Source: Octopus sinensis (lineage: Eukaryota). Taken from it: a stretch of DNA of 64,000 nucleotides. Both the position numbers and the translations under genes were made by a program. This document shows positions 23,694 to 38,290 of the stretch, in pieces. The stretch lies in contig NC_043000.1 of assembly GCF_006345805.1 (NCBI RefSeq), forward strand, positions 42,284,001 through 42,348,000, written 5' to 3'. Positions within the stretch are counted from its first letter, which is position 1. Every line of letters begins with the position of its first letter. A model generated the notes under the pieces. The model did not search any database and was not told where the DNA came from. It saw only the letters and a program-made list of their open reading frames with translations.

Positions 23694-24528
23694 TGTGTGT
23701 GTTGTAGCTACAATGACGCATCACGTGGAAAGTTAAAAAAGGAGGAATTTGTTGGAGACACAAAGTCTCCAGTTCGGCCAACAAAAGTCTTACACGCGAT
23801 AAGATGAAACTCTATCGAACAAACAAACGACCGACCGACCAACGACCATCAAACAAGCGACTAACAAACTTGCCAACCAACCAACCAACCAGCCAACCAA
23901 CAAACGAAACAAACAAACCAATACACAAACAAATAACCTAACAAGCAAACATACAAACAGACAAACATGTAAAGCAAACGATAGAATCAAGGAAAGAAAA
24001 ACAGAAAAGAATGAATGAAAAAACAAAACAAAACAATAAAAATGAAATGTGAGGAAGTAACGAGCCTCTCTTTATCTTTAGCGTGAATCGATCAATAATG
24101 ATTTATTAACTTTACTTTAGTATATTTGCGGAGATACTGGAATGTTAGATCAGTGACGTGTGCAATTAATACTAGTTATCAATGTTTAAGCTGCTGTTGC
24201 AATTTCAATCTCGTCCCAGGTTAAACTTGAATGAGCAGACTTAAAAATCAAAGATGTCCCAGTCCTGAGCAACCATCCTTTTCCCCCAGGTATTATATAT
24301 TTGATAATATATTATTTCAGTGTGATCTTTCTTCTGTTACGACAGTAGGAGGTGGTCAGAGGCAGATTTGATTGCCTTTTCTAGCGGAGTTAGGGAAGAC
24401 GTAGATGATCTCCCGTTGATCGCTATTTTAAACTATTAAATCAATATAATAGTATACGGCTAATACCCCACCTCCCACACACACACATACACACATACAC
24501 CACACGCACGCACACATACACACACACG

Positions 24529-24591
<63 letters not shown>

Positions 24592-24810
24592 GCTGAAAAT
24601 TACATGCTTAAGTTATTACTCAGAATTTTGCAAACTCAAGTTCATCAGGTGTAATAGAAAACTGTATTATTTGTTATGCAACTAACATTATCAGTCTTGT
24701 TAATCACTTTTGTAATTAGCGTTAGATTTACTTGCAAGAACACAGAAAAGAGGACTGGAGAATTACATACATACATGCACACACATACATACATACTTAC
24801 ATACATACGT

Positions 24811-25276
24811 AGCCAGGATACTCTATAATGAAATCCGTCTGAAGGATAACCCCCAAGGACAAAGAAATAAGAACCCACAATATGGTAGAAGCCATAGCCA
24901 CTCATAATAACAAGGAATACTGGTGGAATGTACCAGTGAAGACCTTAATAAAATGTAAGCACAACAGACCTGATATAATGATTTGGGATAGAGAAGAGAA
25001 ACTGTGTACAGTTGTGGAAATTAGCTGCCCAGCGGATGTTAACAAAGCTGAAGATCAGTGAAAAAGAGAATATCAACGCTAAACTATTGAGAAGTCTGCA
25101 GTTACTCTATCCAGATTACAAGTTCAAGTTTATACCTGTAATTAATGTGGTTCTGAGATATGTAACACACTACCTAAATGCCAATCTTGAGAAATTAGGC
25201 TTCTCAAAGCTAGAAAAGAGAAAGCTAATTCGAAGACTACAGATCCAATCCATCACTGGAACTGTAAAAATCTGTA
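24811..25276 (+). mobile_element. RLE-type non-LTR retrotransposon (R4/Dong-like), fragment A
   Basis: EYWWNVP..KCKHNRPDIMIWDREEKLCTVVEISCP, a PD-(D/E)xK-type restriction-like endonuclease region. Confidence 0.85.
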
Positions 25277-26545
25277 CCAGTACTCATACCAACATTTGGG
25301 CTGCTTGACTGGATCCTTGATGAGATCTAAGCCATTGATGTGAAAACCCCCAAAATACTAACAAGCACACACGATGTCCACATAAACAGTGACGTAAACC
25401 GCTTTTGCCTAAAACGAAAACAAAGCGGCAGAGGTTTACCATCGATCCAAAATGCCTTTGAATGTCGCATCATATCCCTTCGAATACATCTTTTAACTGC
25501 CAAGTGTCGAAGTGAATCCCTTGACCAAGTTTGCATACATGAGGCTGATAACATCGTAAGACTTGGAAGGCAACTCCTTGAGTCACACTCTTTGTCTAAT
25601 AACCAAGAATACATGCCCAAAGAAGTCGCACGACTCTACCGCAACATATCATCAGATGAATTGATGAGCCTATATGAGCAGAAGACTATGCATGGATATC
25701 TTAGTAGAAAGCTCCGTGATGATAGTAACATCAATCATCAAAGCAGTTTATCATGAGCCAATAGCCAGATTACTAACCCCCACTTTGAAGGGTATGCGTT
25801 TGCAATTCAGGAATAAGAAATATCCGATGCACAAAAGGGACAAAGATGCAGGAAAAGCGGTAAAATGTGACAACCGATGCAGACTTTGTGGAGTTCACAC
25901 TGAAGATATCACACATATTATAAGCTACGTCCGAAAATGTCACCCCGGTATTATCTACCGATGAGACATGACGTTGTATCTAGGACACTCTATAATGAAA
26001 TCCGTTGGAAGGATAACCCCGTTGACAAAGAAATACGAAGCCACAATATGGTAGAAGCCATAGCCACTCATAATATAAAGGAATACTGGTGGAATGTACC
26101 AGCAAAGACCTCAATAAAATGTAAGCACAACAGACCTGATATAATGATTTGGGATAGAGAAGAGAAATTGTGCACAGTTGTGGAAATTAGCTGCCGAGCG
26201 GATGTAAACAAAGCAGAAGCTCAGAGAAAGAGAGAACACCTATGCTGAACTATTGAGAAAACTGCAGTTACCTAGATTACAAGTTCAGGTTTATACCTGT
26301 AATTAAGGAGCCCTGGGATATGTAACACACTACCTCCACTACCTAAATACCAAACTTGAAAAATTAGGCTTCTCAAAACCAGAAAGGAGAAAGCTAATTC
26401 AAAGACTACAATCCATTACTGGAAGTATAAATATCTGTAAAACTTTCCGGAAGTTTATCATTTAAATATATATGAGCATGTCTAGATATGCAACTATATG
26501 CATGAGAACACATACATATAGCAAAACATACAAATCTGCACATAC
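25277..26545 (+). mobile_element. RLE-type non-LTR retrotransposon, fragment B (thumb, CCHC-type finger, RLE, 3' UTR)
   Basis: PVLIPTFGLLDW, SDVNRFCLKRKQSGRGL, CRLCGVHTEDITHII, RHDVVSRTLY and NRPDIMIWD; multiple stops and frameshifts; ends in (CATA)n. Confidence 0.9.
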
Positions 26546-26659
26546 ATACAGGCATACATACATACGTACATACATACATACATACATACATACATACATA
26601 CATAGTACATACATACATACATACACACATACATTCATTTATACATACATAACGGTGTA

Positions 26660-27030
26660 CAATAGTAAAGTTTAGCTGCCCAGCAGATGTTAACATAAAG
26701 CTAAAGATCAGCGAAAATGAAAATACCTATGCTGAACTATTGAGAAATCTACAATTACTGTACCCATGTTACAAGCTTATGTTGATACCTGTAATTATTG
26801 GGGTCCTGTGATATGTAACACACTGCCTAAATACTAATCTTGAGAAAATCGGCTTCTGAAAACTAGAAAGGAGAAATATTGTTCAAAGATTACAGATCCA
26901 AGCCATCTCTGGAACTGTAAAAATTTGTAAAACGTTTCATAAGTTTACCGTTTAAGCATATATGCACATGTCTAAGCATGCAACTATATACACGTAAAAA
27001 CTAAACATACAAATCTAAACATGCACTGAC
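26660..27030 (+). mobile_element. RLE-type non-LTR retrotransposon, 3' fragment C
   Basis: Homologous to 25020-25276 and 26200-26540. Confidence 0.85.
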
Positions 27031-27626
27031 TCAAAATACTGCATACACACACACACACACACACACATGCAAAAATAGATATCTCGTTGGTGTTGGAATT
27101 CCAATGAAGAAGCTTTGGATATAGGTTAGAAATCGTCTCTCTATCGGCAAGAAATTTTGAAATAAAATTGAATAATGACATCCATCCATCCATCCATCCA
27201 TCCATCCATCCATCCATCATCCATCCATCCATACATACATACATACATACATACACACACACAAAAATACATACATACCTAATACATACATACATACATA
27301 CATACATACAAGGTACATACATACAACATACATACATACATACATACATACATACAAGGTACATACATACATAAATACATACATACATACATACATACAT
27401 ACATACAAGGTACATAACATACATACATACATACATACAAGGTACATACATACAACATACATACATACATACATACATACATACTACATACATACATACA
27501 TACATACATACATACATACATGTCTGCATATGCGAGTCACTACAAATTGATATGTAGGTTCATACGGTGTATCATGCATGTATCAGATTAACATACTGAA
27601 ACTAATTTCCCTCCAAGATACAACCA

Positions 27627-27775
27627 TGAAGGTGTGTGGCCCAGTGGTTAGGGTGTTGTACTTACGATAGCCACGTTGTGGGTTCCATTCTCGGACTGGA
27701 TGGCGTGTTGTTCTTGAGCAAAATACTTCATGTCACGTTGCTCATTTCACATTTCTTTTGCGTGTCGTAAAAGGT
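27627..27775 (+). mobile_element. SINE family D, partial
   Basis: gaaggtgtgtggcccagtggttagg...gttcttgagcaaaatacttcatgtcacgttgctc. Confidence 0.75.
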
Positions 27776-27789
27776 GACTAATAGATGTT

Positions 27790-27960
27790 GAAGTAGGATT
27801 TGTACATCGACCTCGTAAACCCCTCACCAGCAACACCTATCCAAACAGACCCACGGATTGGAAGGTTGTCGCGTGAATGGTACAAAGATGTCATCCGCCA
27901 AGAGTAGGGAATTACCAACAAATGGTGGATGCAGCGACGTACTGTTACAGCGTATCCCCT
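27790..27960 (+). mobile_element. Possible RTE-like LINE 3' remnant
   Basis: One frame gives RIGRLSREWYKDVIRQE, resembling the GRP..R(W/Y)KD.I tail; short and weak. Confidence 0.3.
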
Positions 27961-28449
27961 CATGCTACTATTATATAACCACAGGAGAAGTCGGTCTTGG
28001 TGTAGTGCCGCATTTACGCACACACTATAGAAGCTAAAACTGAGGTATTCACAAACTATGGGGATTCTAAATGTAATCAAATGTTTTAATATCAATAATT
28101 TTTGTAAGACCTTCATATGAAGTATTTTAAGATGTTTTGTTTAAACAAAAAACATCGGTTCAATCTATTAACTTCGAGGTATACTGGACATCCAACAAGA
28201 AATTAGGAGAACCCTTTACTTGGAAAGTTAAAAAATAGAACTGTTTTAAAGTTTAAATTTCAAGAAAAAAGTTTAGAAGAGTATAGCTTACCTTTTTTCT
28301 TTTTGTAATCATACTCTTAATATATATATATATATATATACTAATATAGCGAGTAAATTATATGTGGAAATTGACGATTTAATAGTCTGTTATCAGCATA
28401 TTGGCTTTGAAATAATTTTCTTAGCCCTTACTTATAAGTTGTATATATA

Positions 28450-28735
28450 TATATATTATATTAAATTAGAGAAAAACCACTATTAGCAAATCAAACAAAG
28501 AAAGACTTAAGCCAATACATAAATAATTTATTAAATTAAATTTAATTAAATAACCACTACGATCATTTCGTGTCAGCACTTCTATGAGACATTCTTCAGG
28601 TGGTTTCAAAACCTTCTTTGCAAGTTTTAAACTATGTCTCTAATTTAATTTATATAATATAATATTTTACTATAAAATTGGATTCAATCCTAAATCTGAT
28701 TTTTCCCTGTAAGTTTGGATTTATTCCCTAATATT
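28450..28735 (-). mobile_element. Penelope-like 3' end: GIY-YIG-like tail followed by a hammerhead (28552-28605)
   Basis: Minus frame RFRIESNFIVKY, then aaccac CUGAAGA a UGUC..GACA c GAAA UGAUC GUA guggtt with a perfect 6-bp helix I. Confidence 0.7.
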
Positions 28736-28768
28736 ATTATTATTATTATTTTATTATTATTATTATTA

Positions 28769-28808
<40 letters not shown>

Positions 28809-28826
28809 ATATATATATATATATAT

Positions 28827-28858
<32 letters not shown>

Positions 28859-29344
28859 ATTATATATATACACATCTATATATATAATATATAAATAATA
28901 CGCTGGCAAGACACTCAAGCATTAGCATGTATTTTCTAGCTGCTTAAATTATATTCTTTAAAAAATCCGTGAGGCACTTCTTTACATCATGTGCCACAGC
29001 ATGCTGTTTCAAAACAATTTACTATAGATCTGTTGTGAATAATTGCTGCATATCATTTAGAGCACGTAGAACTGGAATGTTATTGATCACCACGGCTAAA
29101 TCAATCACTGACTTGGTAATAAATCAGTTACTCATTTATTTTTAACCCACTACTACATTGCATGTATAAATTGCTTCTGAATTAAAACTGCTTGAGTTCT
29201 TCCTACGCTGTGATATCTTTTCTGTTTTAGGTCGTCTAAGCCAACGGAGATTTTAGTATCCGAGGCAAATATAGACAAACATACACACAAGCATAGATAC
29301 ATATCCATCTATATATCTATTTGTCTGTTTGTCAGTCTGTCTCT

Positions 29345-29720
29345 CTATCTGTCTTTCTACCTTCTTACCTACCTACCTACCTACCTACCTACCTACCTAC
29401 ATACCTACCTGCCTGCCTGCCTGCCTACCTACCTACTTACCTACCTACCTACCTACCTACCTACCTACCTACCTACCTGCCTGCCTGCCTGCCTACCTAC
29501 TTACCTACCTACCTACCTACCTACCTACTTACCTACCTACCTACCTACCTACCTGCCTGCCTGCCTGCCTACCTACCTACCTACCTGCCTACCTGCCTGC
29601 CTGCCTGCCTACCTACCTACCTACCTACCTGCCTACCTACCTACCTACCTACCTACCTACCTGCCTACCTGCCTGCCTGCCTACCGACCTACCTACCTAC
29701 CTACCTGCCTACCTATCTAT
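29345..29720. repeat. (CCTA)n/(CCTG)n microsatellite
   Basis: Direct reading. Confidence 0.95.
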
Positions 29721-30676
29721 CATCTTACCTACTTAGCTACCTACCTACATACCGATCGACATATCTATTTAGCTATCAAGTTATTACACACACACACATA
29801 CGCACGCGCGCGCATACACACACTTATAGAGAGTCTATGCACAATCATCGAAAAATAAATTCCCAGTAATTGAGAGATCAACTGATAACAGGTGGTAAAG
29901 ACTTGCATGAATAAACATAATCGGCTAAAACGATCATGAAGGGCAACATATTACAGGTAAAAGCAGAAAAGCATAAATTTCACCTAAAGTTTATAATTTG
30001 TTTTCGAAAGTTGTTTCATTAGGATAAACACCATGAAATGAATAATTACATAATTCCGATAAAAATAGATAAAACTTTGATATGCTTCAATCAAAGATTG
30101 GTCCAGGCCATGTCTAAACACATAATTATTTTGAATTAATTTAGTTCAAATTAAATTAATTCAAAAGCTGTGTTCTCCCAAGTTATCAGAAATAGGACGT
30201 GCTACGTGATTCAGAAAACAGTTAGTGATTTAATAAGCTTCTATAAGTGTGTGTAGTTATGTAGGTATGTATTATGTATGTATGTATGTATGTATGTATG
30301 TATGTATGTATGTATATCTTATGTAAGTATGTGTGTCTGTGTGTTTGTGTGTGTGTGTGTGAGTGTGTGTGTGTGTGTACATGTACAGATACACACATGT
30401 ATAAAAGCAGTTGGTTTGCGGCGAGGAAAAGAAAAGGCTTGACATTTCGAGCAAGGTCTTTTTCTGATGTCACTGAAATGGTAGAAGTAGGCAGTACCAT
30501 TAGAAAGGATTCTTTTACAGTACATTACAACCACTTTAACTACTTATAAAACGGAATTATATATATATATATTATATATATATATATATTATATATATAT
30601 ATATATATGGTTTTGTCTCTAATTAATATTATATATATATATACATATAATATACATTACATACATTATATATATA

Positions 30677-30731
<55 letters not shown>

Positions 30732-30912
30732 GTATAATATACATATATTATAAATGAATGTTTTTATATATAATGAACGTGAAATACAGGAAGGGACGAA
30801 CACGGAACACAGACAAATCATTCGAAGCCTTCAATCTTCAGTCAGACACCGATCATCATAGCAAATTCGGCTGTTCAATTCTGATATTTGCTCCAAATAC
30901 ATATATATATAT

Positions 30913-30944
<32 letters not shown>

Positions 30945-30960
30945 CACAACACACACACAC

Positions 30961-31021
<61 letters not shown>

Positions 31022-31026
31022 GCAAG

Positions 31027-31245
31027 TAGAGGTACGTGGCTTAATGGTTAGGGTGTCAGCATCCTTATCGGGCGACGCGTTGTGTTCTTGAGCAAAACAC
31101 TTCATTTCACGTTGCTCCAGTCCACTCAGCAGGCAAAAATGAGTAACGCTGCAATGAACTGGCGTCTCGTCCAGCTGGGGAACACATACGCCATTGAAAC
31201 CGGGAAACCGGGCCCATGTGCCTGGCTAGGCTTTAAAAGGGCGCA
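31027..31245 (+). mobile_element. SINE family D
   Basis: Head, core ttgagcaaaacacttcatttcacgttgctccagtccactcagc, tail gggaaaccgggcccatg. Confidence 0.8.
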
Positions 31246-31257
31246 ATTATTATATAT

Positions 31258-31510
31258 ATAAATTAGAGAAAAACCACTATTATGTAATTCATATATTTAA
31301 TATATAATTATATAATCTTTATTCATTTTTTTGTACTTTTTGTGATCTAGTTATATGTTTTATAATATATTTCTTTTTTCTATATGATATGGTTTATGTC
31401 TATCATTGTTTGAATTACATAATGGTGGTTTTCTCTAATTATATATATTATATATTGTATTGTGAAATTTGATTTAATACTAAATTGAAGTTTTCCCTGT
31501 AAGTTTGGAG
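31258..31510. mobile_element. Penelope-like fragment with a ~33-bp inverted repeat, same family as 28450-28735
   Basis: aattagagaaaaccactattatgtaattca versus tgaattacataatggtggttttctctaatt; ttttccctgtaagtttgga shared with 28700. Confidence 0.6.
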
Positions 31511-31518
31511 TTATACTC

Positions 31519-31588
<70 letters not shown>

Positions 31589-32948
31589 GTATGTATTAGT
31601 GTGTGTGTATGCATTATCTAACGTAAAAGAATTTATAATAATATAAGGATAAAACAATATTGTCTACCTAACTATGTATCTGTCAGTCTGTCTGTCTGTC
31701 TGTCCTTTCCCCCCCCCTCTCTCTCTCTCTCTTTCTCTCTCTATCTATCTATCTACTCGGTTATTTGAGTTCAATTTCTTGCGGTTTAAGTTTCGCATCA
31801 CCATGAATACTAGGCTACAATATACGTTTGTACGTAACTTTTCATGGTGGCATGAGTATATTTTTATACACACTCATACACACACCACACACACACACCA
31901 CACACACACACACACACACGCATGAATACACACGTATATTTATGCACAAAATCACATATGTATCTAACATATACATACACATAAACCTGTGTGAATCTTT
32001 CTGTTCTGCGTATATGTGAGAGCGTGTATGCGTGTGTCTATGTTTGTATTTATTGCATGCATTAATGGATATATCAAATAATTTCATATCACTTGTCAAA
32101 GAAAAGGGAAAGTATTATATTCATTTCCACACCTCTGGGGTCTTTTGGCAGACAGTCACAGAACTCCGATATACATACGCACAGAAAGAGAATGAAATAG
32201 TCCCAGATCGAAGTATGTTGTTTATGATAGGAAGATGAAAAATAAGAAAAAAAGAAATAAAAATATGAAGAATTAGGGGTAAAGTATTGTATGAAAAGTG
32301 TTTACGAGTTTACGAACGGATCATTGCATAAAAAATTATTGATATGAGAGCAAAATGTAATCGATATTTTAGATTTTGACAGCTGTTTGGTTAAAAATTA
32401 TATTTCAAGTATCGAGAGGAAACTGCACAATGGTCGAATAGACACCGATATATTTATACAATTACCCACAACCACATGCGCGTGCGCGTACACACACACA
32501 AACACACACACACACAAACACACATACAGGCACACACGTACATTGACAATACCATACGAATACCCGCACGTGTAATCATTCACGGCCATATATTTGTGCA
32601 CCCAGCTATAATTAAGTCTGTTTTGTAATTCTATTATCTATATAGCTATCTATCTTTTCTCCTGTCAGTCTGCCTGTCGATCCGTCTGTCTGTATATACA
32701 TACATACATATACACACACATACATACATACATCATACATACATACATACGTGCATACATACAGATATGCATGCATACATACATAGATATATATCTGTGC
32801 GTTTGTTCATATATATGCTTGCTTAAGAAGGCATATATATGTATGAGCATATCTATATATTTGTGTAAATATATATGTGCTTACATCAAATATACATGCA
32901 CACACATACATACAGTCAGCCCCACCCACCATATATATATATATATAT

Positions 32949-32996
<48 letters not shown>

Positions 32997-33200
32997 GAAA
33001 GTTGGTTTGTGAAAGCACGTGGTTGAATATATAGAAAATAATAAAAAGTGAAAAAACTACAGAAGGCTTAAAGGTTAAAAAATATATATATTTGCGTTAA
33101 TATGTCTGAAGAATATTAAAATTTTTTTTCTTACAATGACATAGTTTAAAAGAAAGACCGGTTTCGCGTTTAGCTTTTCAAATTTCTTGCGACGTTATGT

Positions 33201-33262
<62 letters not shown>

Positions 33263-34712
33263 CCCATACTTATATGTAGATACATATATTAGACAATACT
33301 AGAATAGTTTTTGTAGATATTAGCCATCATTGCATTTATATGTATAGAAAATATATTTGATGTATAAGACAGTCATCTGTTATGTGCGTATATACATCTT
33401 CAACATGGACAGTAAGAGAGAGCTTTGAATGTAATTTTGAGTTGCAATTTATATAATGAAAGTTACTGGGTGTGAGAGTTAAACACACGAAAGGATCAAG
33501 TCGATCCCCTTTTTTTGCTTCAATATTGCATGCGCACGGTACGATTGTATAAACATGACAAACTTTTATGACTGTCTCCTGTATATAACAAATTTGAGTA
33601 ACGTATAAATGCAGTGCTGGCTAGAATTTGTGGGTTTACTCCAGAGTAAAGATTAGTATGAAAAATAAATACTGCTGGCACATCAGTAATTCATGCATAA
33701 ATGTCTACTATGTTGGCTTACATATATCATATCATACGTTGACACATTGTGAACTGAGCACCTCATTGACAGGCTACTGGTATTAAATAAAGTTTTAAAC
33801 ACCAATGGTATGCAAATGGTATGCAAATTAGTAGCTCTAGTTCGTTGAAGCTACTAGATTTGATGTGTGTATGAACAGAATGGCTACTTATTATTATTAT
33901 TGTTTTTTTTGTTTTTTTGGATTGACCAAAGGATTTAAACAACTCTGATGAAACCAACCTGAAAATCTATTAAGGTTTTAATAATTATTTTCAATATACA
34001 AAGTGGTAGGTAAAATTTCTTTCACTCTTCGTTTGATCCATATATACTCATAGATCTTATGTTTTCGTTGATGGGTGTACAGATATTAGGTCAACTCATT
34101 TACTTTCTTGTTAAATTAACATCGAGGTAGCTGTTTTCCACAAAATAATTGTCATTAACGTACACCATACATCTAAAATAACCTGATACAATATATGAGT
34201 AGATAGGACCTTTGAATTACAAATGCATGTCTTCCATATAGATATCTACAGCGTTTCCTTCCACTCTCTTTCACTCGCTAGATACGTGTCAAGCCGAGAG
34301 TATCGGAAAACACATTTGCCCAAGTGACTACGTACAGTGATAGAAAACAGGAATTCATGACGTCAAAGAGAGCTTCTCAACCAGTCGTTCATACCGAGAA
34401 CCTAAATATATATTTATATATATATATACAAAGAGAAATGTATGAATTGCAACGCGTTGGCATATGCAAATAGACTTTAATATATTGATAATTATAGCAT
34501 CTGAATATATACCTACACATATGGAAATTTATGCATATATCTTTATACAATTCTTTCTCTCTTGTGTATATATGCATATGTACATATACATACTTAAATG
34601 CACGTGAGTATGTGTGTATGCGTGTGTGTATGTATGTGTCTGAATGAGTGTATATGAGTATAAAGTCCTTATTTGAATGCGTATATCTGTATCTACAAGC
34701 ATATAGACAAGG

Positions 34713-34755
<43 letters not shown>

Positions 34756-35042
34756 ATATAAAACCATGCATGTACACGTGGGCGTAAAATATCAATATCC
34801 GCTTCATAATTGCTATGAACGTTTGCATTGGAGCAGCTATTTCAATCACAGTTACAGAAAGTATATATTTCATACAGCAAGATTACCGTTATTATATACT
34901 TGGTATTATACTGTAATGCACAACATTATTTATAAAGCCTTTCAACGATAGCGAAAAGGGTCGGCTAACTCATATAAGTGTGAATCTCGCTGAGAATCAA
35001 TTCCCCCATGAACATATGTATATATATTTATGGATATGCATA

Positions 35043-35129
<87 letters not shown>

Positions 35130-35520
35130 GATATATAGATGTGTGTGTGTGTATGTATCAGATTTGGAGGGATATTGATTATACATATAATTATATGCAA
35201 TCTATATAATTCAATTGAAGCTTAGGACTTCTTCCTGAATGGTCGATATTTCACCATATACTATGTAATGTCCACATGTGTATATTTGTAAGCAAGAGTC
35301 CCCGTATATATGTATGTACGTATGTATGTATGTATGCATGCGTGTATGTATGCATGTATGTATGTATGTATCGTTAGATGAATGTATGCATGCATGTTTG
35401 TAAGTATGTACGTACGTACGTACGTATGTGCGTGCGTGTGTGTATGTATGTATATGCATTATCTACTTATCCATCTCTTTTTTACTTCCTGTATATATGT
35501 ATACACACATATACATATAT

Positions 35521-35576
<56 letters not shown>

Positions 35577-35935
35577 TTATAAACATATCTATATACATAT
35601 ATACATATATATATATGTATATATGTATATATATACAAACATATATGTACATACATATATACACATATATATACATATATATACATATATATATGCATAT
35701 TGGTGTAAAAAGGTTGAATGTAGATTCGTTTTTTAATTTGGAGGTTTCGAAAAAAGATTTCTAATGTTGATTCTTCATATTTTGCTGGTAGTTTACAGGC
35801 GTAAATTGGCGAAGATATAAAAGTAATACTTGTATATGATGTGCGGTGAATTTATTGATGAGTCTTATGGGATTTCCTTCCATAAATTCACTACACATCT
35901 AATACAAATATTAGAGATATATATACATATATAAA

Positions 35936-35974
<39 letters not shown>

Positions 35975-36453
35975 GTGTATGCGTACGTAGTTTGTCAGGT
36001 ACGTACTGTGAGTAATTGGTCAGGGCCGGTTGTAGACACTTTCGTATAAAGTATATATTGTACTGAAAAGACCTTAGCAAAATGAGGCAAAAAGAGAAAT
36101 ATTTTGACAACGAAAGATATTTACTTACGAATACATAGGTTTACACACACACATACACATATACGCACACATATATATACACACATAGTCTTTTGTGTTC
36201 ATATGTAGACATTTTTTATACAGTAGTATATGTGTATACATGAGGTTTTTACTTACTATTAAAGTGCACAATATTTAAGGAGTTAATTTTGTTTCAGTGC
36301 TTGGAGGAGGCCTTTATTCAGAGCGAATAAATAAATCTGTACAGAGAAATTGAATATATATTTTGTAATGGAAAATATAAGAGAGAAAGGAAAGGCTGAA
36401 ATTAATCAGAGAAAAAATAAAAGGAAAACAAGTGGGGTAAGGGATAGGAAATT

Positions 36454-37224
36454 TGTCACGGAGGAGTGGGAGATGTGATAGGAGAAAAATGACATGTCAA
36501 CAGGAACAACAACAGAAAGAGACCAGTTTTCTCTAGCTCTGAGTCATAACATGCCGGCGGGAAATAACATCACTGGGTGAGACAAGCTGACACTGAATTA
36601 GCTTCGCTGACTGACAGCTGACGGTCGTTTAGAGAATGCGTGGGCAAAGACAACGCGCCTTCATTGGTCAGTTAAAGTTGAGAGAGTGTCACGTGACAAC
36701 TTACTGGGGCTGCCTGCTGGAGCCTAGCGGCAGGTACTTAGAGGGTAAAAATTTGACATGTCAGTCAGTCGCCGGCTGACATTCGTTGACGCTACACTGA
36801 GGAGGCCAGGGAACAGAAGAAGAAAGAAGACATGCACCCAACACCAGAGCTGAAGACACCTCCGAAAGCGGGGGCCCCGCCACGTCAAAACAGTAGAGGT
36901 GTAGGGGACGAAACCGGACGTGGTTACTCCTGATGATGTCTTGAGCTAACTAGATCCTATAAAGGAGCTGTTGTGGTAGCAGACCACGAAACACGGTTGT
37001 AATTTCTCCAGAGTCAGCATGTATATATGTGTGCATGTTTTTCCTTGAGTTTTATTTAAGTCCTTCTTGAGAGAAGTCAAAGACGGTCGCTAATAAAGCG
37101 ACAAGACAATTTGAGTTAAGGGAGTTCCTGGTGCTTGTAAATATGAGGTCGAGTTGGTGTGTTGGTTGAGCTATTGATGCATACACCCAAGTGAATTCAT
37201 CTATTCACATACGAATCTCTCACA
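36454..37224 (+). mobile_element. Probable solo (or 3') LTR
   Basis: GC-richer 770-bp block starting TGTCACG and ending CTCACA; TATA-like ctataaag ~36957, AATAAA ~37092; flanks aatt/aatc (imperfect TSD); purine run immediately upstream. Confidence 0.55.
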
Positions 37225-37631
37225 AATCTTTATCGTGCGACCAATTGATTGGATTTGGAGAATCCGCGTTGGTTTCTTTTCCTCTTTCTCAATGAGTACG
37301 TATGTACGTATGTACGTATGTATATATGTATGTATGTTTGTATGTACGTGTTTATGTATGCATATATGTGTGTATTAATATGTATACATGTGTATGTATA
37401 TATACACACATACGTACTACATAATAAATACATACATACATACATACATACATACAAGCGCGCACATACAATATGGTATCTACTGCAGTAAAGTAGTTTA
37501 TCCTAACAAGACAGCCATGTTTAAGTGAGAATTTATATTACTTCTCGGCATTAATATTGCCTCTGTCGCTAATATATATTTTTTAACAAGTTCTCTCTCT
37601 TTCTCCCTCTATACATACATACATTTATATA

Positions 37632-37829
37632 TGTATTTACCTTTTAGCTTTTGAAATATGTGACAAAATATTTCAGCTAACCTAAATTCATACCTAAACA
37701 CTGCTTTGCGCCAAAGCTTCGTAACATATATATATGTTACGAAGCTTTGGCGCAAAGCAGTGTTTAGGTATGAATTTAGGTTAGCTGAAATATTTTGTCA
37801 CATATTTCAAAAGCTAAAAGGTAAATACA
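37632..37829. repeat. Perfect spacer-less palindrome, 99-bp arms, centred on (AT)n
   Basis: Arms read as exact reverse complements about 37730/37731. Confidence 0.95.
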
Positions 37830-37857
37830 CTGCAGTTACCGCTTTTTACTATTTTTA

Positions 37858-38069
37858 TTCTTTTATTTGTTTCAGTCATTTGACTGCGGCCATGCTGGAG
37901 CACCGCCTTCAGTCGAACAAATTGACTCCAAGACTTAATCTTTGTAAGTCTGGTACTTATTTTATCGGTCTCTTTTGCCCAACCCATAATTTACGGGGAC
38001 GTAAACACACCAGCATCGGTTGTCAAGCGATGGTGGAGGGAGAGTCACAGACACATGAAGACATACACA

Positions 38070-38117
<48 letters not shown>

Positions 38118-38290
38118 CATACACACACGACGTGCTTCTTTCAGTTTCCGTCTACTAAATCCACTCACAAGGTTTTGGTTGGCCCGAGGCTATAGTAGAA
38201 GACACTTGCCCAAGGTGCCATTCAGTGGCACTGAACCCGGTTCCATGTGGTTGGTAAGCAAACTACTTACTACACAGCCACTCCTGTGCC
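37858..38290 (-). mobile_element. SINE family A, full length
   Basis: Reverse complement of the family consensus. Confidence 0.85.

Noticed and set aside
36848-36885. CTGAAGA cacctcc GAAA inside the LTR as a hammerhead
   Set aside because: No helix II pairing and no matching helix I or UH triplet.
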